DNA of 64,000 nt from Chrysomallon squamiferum (Eukaryota > Animalia > Mollusca). The stretch covers positions 62,001 to 126,000 of the forward strand of contig CM022679.1 in assembly GCA_012295275.1 (NCBI GenBank). Direction: 5' to 3'. Made by a program: the position numbers and the translations under genes. The notes under the pieces are model-generated. The model searched no databases, had not been told where the DNA came from, and saw only the letters and a program-made list of their open reading frames with translations. Below, piece by piece: positions 53,569 through 64,000 of this stretch. Numbering within the stretch: the first letter of the stretch is position 1; the number at the start of each line of letters is the position of its first letter.

Positions 53569-54075
53569 CAAAATCGAAATTCACTGAGTTCAACATACGT
53601 ACGTACATAGCAATTTTAAAATAGCATCACGTGCGGAGAGAATAACTCTGTTTACATTGGAAGAAGCAAAATGAATTGATGCAGTAAACAAATATTCAAG
53701 ATGTAGTCCTCTATCTATTAATACTTACACAAATGTTTGTCACAATGTTTAAATTCTGATTGACCTTCGTTAGATTATTGTCACGCGGTACTCAAAAAAA
53801 AAAAAAACAAAAAAAAAAAGAAAAAAAAGCTTTACTGAATACTTTATATGTTTACTTTCAAGTGAAATTGTTGTTATAAAAACCATACTTTCGTCAAAAT
53901 AAAGTATAATAATAATATAACAAATGTATAAGAGGCAGCCATTTTCCATTCTTTGAGAATGACGTCGCATCGTATACAGATACATAGATGTATGAAACAG
54001 TCAAAATTTACTATTTCCTCTTTATCACCTGTATTAGACAAAACAGATAAAAAAAACTTCCTGTATCTCACTCTC

Positions 54076-54151
<76 letters not shown>

Positions 54152-54407
54152 CAATTGTCCAATCATTAGTTCTCTATCACCCTAACCAGTGTTTGTCAGA
54201 TTCCGGTATGTTACGCCACACATAACAAACCAGTCGTAGACAGATTAACAAGAAAACACGCGGTGTACAGGAGAAATAAATATTCGTGAATAAACACTGC
54301 TGATACTATAATGTTTTATCTGTCAGACGCTTCATTATTCAGATAAATATTACATTACATACCGTTAAAAAGATCACTTAGATCACTTAAGATTAGTTTG
54401 AGAACTA

Positions 54408-54455
<48 letters not shown>

Positions 54456-55890
54456 GTAATATCTCAGTATATATGTTTTTTTTTTTTTTTTTTTTTTAAA
54501 TGAAAGCTTTGACAAGTTGGCAGAAGAAATGGCACTTGAGTTAAAAACTGACAGCTGCTGTAAACTGAAAACATGTTTTACATTCCGCTCTGCATTCTTA
54601 ACAAATATTACGTGAATACCAGTCTAAGAATGGCTGAAAGCGTTCCACTCAAAATTACACTTCTGACAAGTTAAAAATATTTTTTTGAGTAACTAATATT
54701 AAACAACATACTCTGAATCAGATAACAAAATGTTGAAGTATGCCTGACGTGGAATCAAACTCAGAGCGAATGGGTTACACACGTTCGAGTCTCGTAAGCA
54801 GCAATCCGATATTTGTGACTGGACTTCGTCTTTCTGTACCAGTGCGTTGTCGAACATTATTGTCTGCGTGCAGAGTCTAATCAGACGTACACAAGACAGA
54901 GAATATTCAGTCCAAAAATACATAGACATAAAAATATACATACAGAGTGTGTGAATTTTTGTGTGTGTGTATTTCTGTGTGTGTGTGTGTGTTTGTGAAA
55001 CTGTTGATAAATTAAAATGTCAGATTATTTTCTCATTTTTAAAAAGTAAAGTGATTTAATAACTGATCACGAATGTACGTACACATAAAAACATGTAACA
55101 GTCATTTTGAATTTACGACTAATTTGCTTCATAGGCGTAAAGTTTCCTTTAATTTTGTCGCTTGACATTTACATACACGAATAGATGATACATACATATA
55201 TATATATATATCTAAATACAAATATAAAGACGTGTGGGTATATGTGTATGGTTATATGTGTGTGTATGTGTTTGTATGTATGTTTGTGTGCATGTGTGTG
55301 TGCGTGTGTGTGTTGGCATTAAAAACATATCACACGTATTTTATATTGTTATTTCAACTACATTACAAACACGTCTGTACTGATATCATATATTTGTATT
55401 TAATACTAAACAGATGTGTATCCTACACATACATGTCCATAACCACACCCATAAGCATAAATCTATATATAGTTACAGAATTTTATTATAAATATAAATT
55501 TAGTTAAACTGTGATACATTTATTTTTAATAAAAATAATTTAAATTTGTATTTATAAATAATCACGAATTTGTTGTTTTTACATTTGTTTGATACTCATT
55601 AGCCAAAATGTTTTTCGTGTTGTTAAAAATTCATTCATTAAACACACACACATTTTCATTACTGTTTATTGTTGCGGTAGCTATTGTTGTTATTATGGCA
55701 CAGTAGTTACAGAAAAGGCCGGGTACAAATGATTTGAGGTAGAAATAAAATGATCTGCGCAAACCTTATTAAACAAAGCTACAGGAACAGCTGTCGATCT
55801 GTGTTGTCAGGGTCAAGGTCATATTGCTTTACATATGAATCAATAATAGTTATATATTAGAGAGAGAGAAAAGAGAAAGCAACGTGTGTA

Positions 55891-55999
<109 letters not shown>

Positions 56000-56127
56000 T
56001 AAAACAGTCAAACACTGAAGTGGGAGATGTTTATGTAGATTGTAACAAGGTAATAGTCTGAAGTGAAATCTGCTGACATAGCGTTTTGTTTAACCGATAT
56101 TTCATCTACGAGCTGTCACATATATAG

Positions 56128-56170
<43 letters not shown>

Positions 56171-56486
56171 ACTATGTGCTTGAGTGTATGTATGCGCGTG
56201 TGTATGCATGTGTGAATGAATGTGTGTGCGTAAATTGTACGTGAGGGTATGTTAGTGTATGTGAGTGTATGTGTGTATATGTATATGTGTGTGTGCATAT
56301 ATATATATAATAGTAACAACAACAACAATAATTTAATAAGTTATAATAATGATATATAGCTGTATATTATGTGATATTAAGCATAAATATGTCGCAATTC
56401 TGTATTATATGAAGTTAAACATACATGTATCTGAACTGTATATTAGGTGAAGTGAAATGTAAAACTCTCTCCCAACTCTCTCTCTC

Positions 56487-56554
<68 letters not shown>

Positions 56555-57157
56555 TGCTAGCTATGTGTTGCTGAGTGGGTACTGTAGTAATTTCGTATTA
56601 ATGTATTCTACTGATGAACGAAGCAAGCTGACATTAGAAATTGGCGTCTTTCTGCATACCGCTGTACGATCAATACACTTCGCTGTTGTTTTTCTCCAAA
56701 TGACGTCACAGTATTACTAGGCAACACGATGACCTTCCCCTTGTGTGGGTGGACGGAAATGAATTATACCGAATCTGAGCACGCGGCTAACGAATGGACA
56801 GAGTTTGTCTACTACGTCATTGTGACGTCTGCTACAATGGTTTTGATGATGTTTTCTAGTTTTGTATAAGCGTTCTCTCACGTCATTGTTTGAAGTACGC
56901 CGGTGTTAATAATACAATGTAATTACACTTACCTTTTAACCAGTTATTACATTTATTAAGTGCCACTAGGTGAAACATAACCCAGTACTGATTTACATTT
57001 TTTTTTTTTTTTTTTTTTTTATTATTAATTTCAATTATTTGACCATCGGAGATAGATAACCAGACTAACAGACAAAACATACGTACACATCCTGGAAAAA
57101 ACTTAAAGCGTTTTTCTGCTTTTGTCAAATACTGAATAAAATGTATTGTTTTATACC

Positions 57158-57239
<82 letters not shown>

Positions 57240-60200
57240 ACAACACTATCAAATCAAAATACTGAAAATAATAAACTGTTTTTAAAACTGACATAGTTAA
57301 AATAAAACAACGAACAGACAATGTTCTCTTTGCTTTTAATTATCTGTCAGAATGATTAAGGTGAAAGCATGACGTCATAACACAGCGTGCATGTTGTACT
57401 CAGCGGACTGCTTTCATATAATAATAATAATAATAATAATATGATGATGATGATGATGATGATGATGATATCTCAGCTAATGAAAACACTGGCGACACTC
57501 TCAAAGTTTTCTGTCGCATCATGCCAGATGTATTTTGTTTTAGTTTGCTTACTGTCTGGTACAAGAAACTTTTCTAGGCTTATCAAGTATGAAAAAATAA
57601 ATCAGGTGATGTCAAACGTCTGTTCAGTGTATGTGGTTAATAGTTACGTATTTTTCGCTCGTACAGTCAAAGTGCTATTTAGCAGAAATCAGTTAAAAGC
57701 AGCGGGAGGTCAGGGACAGGTCAGTACATACCACCAAGTTGACGTATTTTTGTAAACATTGTAACTTCGACATCACAGTGTGTACTCTGTATTTACTACA
57801 ATTGTGACATTTTGGTGCATAAACTGTCAAATTAAAAAAAATTAATGTAAAAATATCGTTATTGTTACTTTGGTATAAATAGAGTTATTATTATTAATGC
57901 TAATTTATGTTAAAGCGACACTAGTAGTAGTGGTAGTAGTAATAGTAGTAGTAGTAATGGCAGCAGCAGTAGTAATAGTTGTGGTAGTAATAGTATAATA
58001 ATAACAGCAACAGTAGCAGTAGTAACGGTAGTATCAATAGTTGTAATAGTAATATTAGTAGTAGTAGTGATAATAATAAAAGTCGCAGTTGTAGTAGTGG
58101 TAGAAGTACTTGTTGTTGTAATGTTATTATATTTATGTAATAAATGTAAGTGAAATTCTTCTGACGATACAAAACTGGTGTTTATTATTATTTTACGCTT
58201 CTCAAAGTTCTGGTTGCGAAAAACGAACAAATGAGTGTCCGCTGATTTCAGTGCAATACTAACATTTACTGACGCCATAAACATTATTGTATTTTTACCA
58301 TGCTGATTACTAGACGCAATAAATACTGTTGTATCTACATTTCTGAGTTACTTCAGCACTAATTATAAAATCTGACTTTGCTTACATTACGAAAACCGAG
58401 TTAAAAAATTCCAGAATGAGGCATAATGGCACTTTTTTAGCGTGTTTATTAACAACTTACTGTTTGATGTCGTAATGATCTAATTAATGAATATTTTAAT
58501 AACTCATTGTATGACGTAATAATGGTTGGTTTAATGAATCCCTTAACAACTCCGGTTAATAAGTTCTAATGGTTAAATTAAATAACAGCCGCTGACGTTC
58601 TGCAAGAAAAAAATGAACAGAAAAAAGAAGATAGAGAAAATAATGATAACGTCGTTTAATCAGCTGGTGCGAGACTTTAATGAGTCAGCTTTTGGTTGCT
58701 ATAGTAACAAATGACATGCAAAGAGTGAATGAGAAAGAATATCTTCATAGCAAACTTTTCAAAAGAAAATATCTCAGTTATAACTGGTTGCTGCCATAAC
58801 AGAGAGATTCGATAAATGAATGAGAGAAAAATTTCTCACTGCGGAAATGACATTAGTTGGAACTTAATAATAATAATAATAATAACAACAACAACAACAA
58901 CAAGAAAAAAGAAAGAAAGAAAAAAAGAAAAATTAACTATGGCAGAACTATGGCCTGTGCCTTCACTTCAAAAAACTAAAATAATAAACAAAAACAAAAT
59001 GTTATTTTTAAAAGATTGTTTTTTAAATATTCTAAACATTCTGGGAAACAAAATAAGCAGCGCGCCCTCCTCTAGGCGAACACTTGAAAACGATTAAAAT
59101 TCTTTAAAATATCCATACTGAAGTAAACAAAATAGCAATATCAAAATGTTTAATATTTTATGATTTGAAAAAAATGATCCTGATTAAAATCATCCAGAAG
59201 TCATGTTATTAAAAATTAGTGTTTAGGCACAATAATGAAGATCTGTTATATCAAACTGTATTTTCTTCTAACGACACTACCATATGCACGTATTTATAGT
59301 TATTAAAGTAACTGTAACAAACAACGATTATTTATCATGATGAGCACAGGAAATAATATACTTCTGTACAAATCATTTTTCATCTTTATTATATCCGCCA
59401 TCATGGTTATTAAATTAAGAAACGACATGTTTGGTTTGCTGTGCACACGAAAACAAGTAAATAAAGACTAAATTCGTCTTGGCGATGTTTATATTAAGAA
59501 ACACATTCACTGCGGAGCGAACAGCACCATGGAGGGATTTCCACTGAGAAGCCATTAGAAGCGGATCAATAGAAGCACATCGACTTAATTCTTCCTAAAA
59601 TATCCTCGTTTGGTTATTTCTGGCCACAGCAGACGTCAGTGAATGTCATTAAACACCCACAAAAGAGGACAGTTGTGATGAGAAATGAAAAACAAGGCAG
59701 ATAAACAAGTTGTTGGTATGACCGTCAGGCTCCGAGTTTATGGTGCACATATTTCTAAACTTAGAACTAAAATCTTTTCCATTTTTTATCTAAAAACTAA
59801 ACGACAGCTGAACCTAATGATGTGCGTCTATGAATATATGGCTGTCTTTGTATGTGTATGTCTGTCTGGAATGTGTATGTGAATACAGAAATATGTATGT
59901 ATGTATATATATCTATATATATATATATATATGAATGTACGTACATGCAAATATATAATTGCATACGAATAAGTATTCATGTATGTATGTATATGTCGGC
60001 ATTTGTATACGAGTGGGCGTATGTACGTATGGTGTATGTACGTGTGTGTGTATGTACATGTCTGTATGTATATATATATGTATGTGTCGGTGTTATGTAC
60101 GTATGGGTATACCTATGTATGTGTGTGTCTGATTGAAACAACTACGAGTTAAATGATCAAAGTTCAGGAGAGAAAAGGTTAAGTATTAACAAGATTTGGG

Positions 60201-61832
60201 CTATCTGTTTACGGAAACACTGGCACGTGATTCGAGGTATGAAAGACGCATACACTGACATTTCCTTGTATTGCTTCACATTCATCACGCAGCATGTTGG
60301 TGCAACAATTTACATGTGTGTAATACCTACACATACACACACACATACTCACACACACAGACATACGTATATATTGGAGTATTCACATTTTAAAAGACCT
60401 TTTTTTTTTTTCTTGGATTACCAAATGTATATGTGTGTATGTATATATACGAAAGCATTTCCCAGCATCCATATCTTTATAAAATGTGACCCTAATTTTA
60501 TATCTAATCCCAATCCCGTATCTGACCGTAACTGTAATCTCACGATGCTGGTATTTGTGAACATTGCCAAATTTCTTAGAAAACATAAGTGGTCTATTTT
60601 AAATGGGAAAACATTTAGTAGCACAGAGCGACAAAAGATGGTAATGAAAATCAAAAAGACGTAGTTGATGGTCACGTGATATGTGGGTGTCCTGACCCTC
60701 GGTCACTTCCAGAACTGCGAGTGCCTGTACAAGATGGTTTGGACAAGTGGAGATTGTGCGGAGGCGGTGTATTGATTTCTCAGACTTCTATTTTGAAGAG
60801 CTTTCCGCGGGAAGTAACGCAGGAGCCCAGATTTAATATGACCTTGATTTCATATTGAAACAAGATTTCTTGACCAGAAATAAATCAGAACTGTTTCACA
60901 GCATATTTAGAATTAATGTGTAAGGCAGTAATTTGATAGTTTCAGAAAATCACTAAATTATTATTTGTCAACGATTGTATTACTAAGAATTCATTGCTAC
61001 TTCAAAATAATGATAGTACAAATTATATATACAGTTACTATATATTTTAGATAATTTTAACAACATAGTAAGGGAAGGGAAAGCATAAAAGAGTCAAATT
61101 TACAGACGTAGATAGAGAAAACAGATATACACAAATAAATTCATCATTCAGAACGAGAAGTGAATAAAGAAAGAACTAACAGTTTCATTGTTGCTATTTA
61201 GTATGACGTAGTCTTTTATAAACAAAATTCCTTTGTGTTCGGACTCACGTATGTATCCTCATAAATATTAATCATATTCATAAGAATGGTTTCTGCATTT
61301 AATTTTTTATTATTATTATTTATTTCTATTCTTTAACATAAAAAAGTAAAAAGAAGAAATAATAAACAGAAAAGAATAATTCCAAGAAAAAGATAAAAGC
61401 ATTGAAATTATATGAACAAAAATAGTAAATTTGCGGTAATCATTTCGTTTATCACTCCTAAAACTCGACATCTTATTACTCTCCCCTTAAATCTATTCCT
61501 TTTTGACAATATTAGTTAATGGAATCACTTGCGAGTGTTCTATTTCAGGACTTATTGACAAAAATGGACTGTGAAAATTGAATAACTCGGAGATAGCAAT
61601 GGATGCCTTGTGACGTCAAAGAATTCTACGTGCAGTTTTACACTATATCCTGACACTGTTGCGCCGTTAGCAAACATCGATCAGACAGTCTATTGACAAA
61701 GAATGTAATTCCTGTCATCCAAATTGCCTTTTTTCCTCAGATGATTTCCGATTTACCATTTTTTTTTATTATTTAATATTTATTTTATAAACAACAAAAC
61801 AGAAATTACTGCTCAGATTCACAATTAATATG

Positions 61833-61863
<31 letters not shown>

Positions 61864-64000
61864 AAGTGTATTTCCCTTTTGTTCGTTGTACATTAAATTT
61901 CTACCCTAACGATTCAAGAACAATGTCTAACTCGCCTTCAGCTAGATTAAGTCTTGTGATATCTACATGTTATTGTTGTCACTACTACTACTGCTACTGT
62001 TATTATTATTATAAATGTATTAATATTCACTAAGAACTAGAATTTTTGCGATATATATATATATATATATCTAAATATATTATCTTTTTCTTTTTAAAAC
62101 TACAATACAATAATAAATGAAATGAAATAAAAATTTTAAAATAATAATAATTTAAAAAAAATATCCAAATAAAAGAATTTTAAGAAAATAATTGTTGTTA
62201 AAAATAATATGAAAACAAAACTGTGTGAACAAAATTGATGAAAAACGTGACGTCATCAAACGTGAAAGATGTCAGTGGTGGCAACAGGTGTTGTTTTGTG
62301 TTTGAGAAATCTCATTCAAGTGAACGATCAGCCGAATTAATCGATGGAAATTCACACCTTTAAAATTAGTAAAGAAATTCTTGTTCTAAAAGAAATATTT
62401 TAATATTTATTGTTATTTTGTTGTAATATGTGTTAAATTAATTATGGTAGCCAGTGTTTTATTTCATCCATCCACTACTTTAGTTTTAAAAAATAGGGGT
62501 AATGGCTGGAACAGGAATTATTTGGTGGATACACTGAAAAAGACTGATCTAGTAATAAGCCATGTTTTATGCAAGTTCTTTTTTAAAGTTTTTAAGTAAA
62601 TAAGATAATAAATGAAATTAAATTGCCAAAGAATCATTTCTGTAATTTCATTCTGTAATTCAAAGAAATCAGAAGTCATTGATTTTCGATGTAAAAGAAG
62701 CAATCTTTAAAAAAAAATTCTACTTTGTATTGCCCACGCAGACAGTGGCAAACATAAGCAAATAACAAAGGAGTTATTTTTCACTGGCGTATATGTAATT
62801 AAGTAATTTGCCGTTAGGGATAAATGATAGCAGAAGACGAAAATATCCTCACGCGGAATAGGCAAGGACAAAATAATTATAGTTTTCTTGTATTGATCGT
62901 CCGTGAGTCTGATAGCGATTAGCAACGAAAATAAAACAACTCGGCTTACATACACTCTCTCATCCGGTTTGTCACTTACTTATCGTGATCTGCGAAGGCT
63001 TTGCGTGGTGCGCCAGCATACGGAGGAATACAAACAAATAAATAAAACGAGAATATATAATATTAAAAGAAAATATTTGTTAAAAAAAATAGTTTGAGTA
63101 TTTATAATTTTGTTTCAGTGATGTGGGACATAAAATAATTCCTCAGTGCACAGTACTATTTTTCGTTCCAATCATTGCGTAATAAAATAATAATAATAAT
63201 AATAATAAAGAAATAAAGAAAAAAATGCACAAAACGCCTGATACCAATCAGCAATAAAACATGTTAAACAAATGTATTCATTAACAGCACGAGTATGACG
63301 CAATCAAAAACATTTTTTCTCTTACTACACTTTTTGTTTTATTAACTTTATTCTATACAGACTTCTTAATAAATCAGTTTTAAAAATTGTTTGATAATAA
63401 TAATAATAATAATAGCAGTAATGTCGCGCCCACTCAAGCCTGGTTGGAATGGTATAACTGTCTTTACATAACAATATTAATAAAATAATGAAGAAAAATG
63501 ACGAAAACGTAATGATCACACTGAAATCGCAGAATTCAAACAATTATACATTAGAACATAAAAAAAGAGCAATTTTAAAAAGCTTGTCGATTTCAGTATA
63601 TTAATCACATATGAATTTTAATTTATATTTTTTGTTGATAAAGTTACTGACAAAATATTAATATAAAAACATTTGTTGCTTTTAGTGTCAAGTAATTTAG
63701 AAATACCGAAGACTCAGTCATTTATAACTTTGCGCTCTAATAAAATGTGTTTTTTCATTTGTTCTATCACGTAAGTAGTCATACTATGAATCTTACTGAC
63801 ATAAATAAAATACCTTGCAGCTGGAAGTAGCTTTTTTGCTGCTGTAAGAATAAAACAGATTTTAAAATTTCATTTATTTAAACATCTCTCTAACACAGTG
63901 ATTGTTTAAAACTGCCGAGTCTAGGATCAATCCTGTCAGCGACATAATTTCTGTTCTCACTAGTTTTCCAAATGTTGTGGTATGCGCTGTCTGTATTTAA

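Noticed and set aside
60488-60545. Degenerate CCCTAA-like hexamers suggesting an interstitial telomere
   Set aside because: Too few and too diverged; no true (TTAGGG)n run.
59440-63100. Higher-complexity patches that might be exons of a further gene or old transposon (59440-59740, 60676-60858, 62700-63050)
   Set aside because: The frames I examined gave no recognisable protein motif or consistent splice chain. A translated database search would be needed to exclude them.

Overview
AT-rich, microsatellite-dense eukaryotic (animal) genomic DNA, most consistent with an invertebrate such as a mollusc/lophotrochozoan (taxon is inference only). I read three protein-coding genes by hand-splicing at GT-AG junctions. 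(1) The 3' part of a RasGEF1-family gene (+, 11 exons, stop at 5574-5576). (2) A complete PMS2 mismatch-repair endonuclease gene (-, 24 coding exons, 20404->7633, 888 aa by my exon sum), convergent with RasGEF1. (3) A Tob/BTG-family gene with a single coding exon (+, 50030-51103), a probable non-coding first exon near 45345-45498 and a ~1.8 kb 3'UTR. A decayed ZNF862-like hAT transposon sits in a PMS2 intron, and a TA-flanked MITE is nested in a minisatellite. Nearly all other ORFs in the supplied track are microsatellite artefacts. The most notable unexplained structures are: minisatellites that multiply real PMS2 splice sites; 18 perfect CRE palindromes (TGACGTCA) in ~30 kb around Tob; a sharp CpG-poor to CpG-rich switch at the PMS2 promoter; several GC-rich hairpins; and a cluster of conserved-miRNA seed matches in the Tob 3'UTR. 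No database searches were run; family calls rest on recalled motifs.
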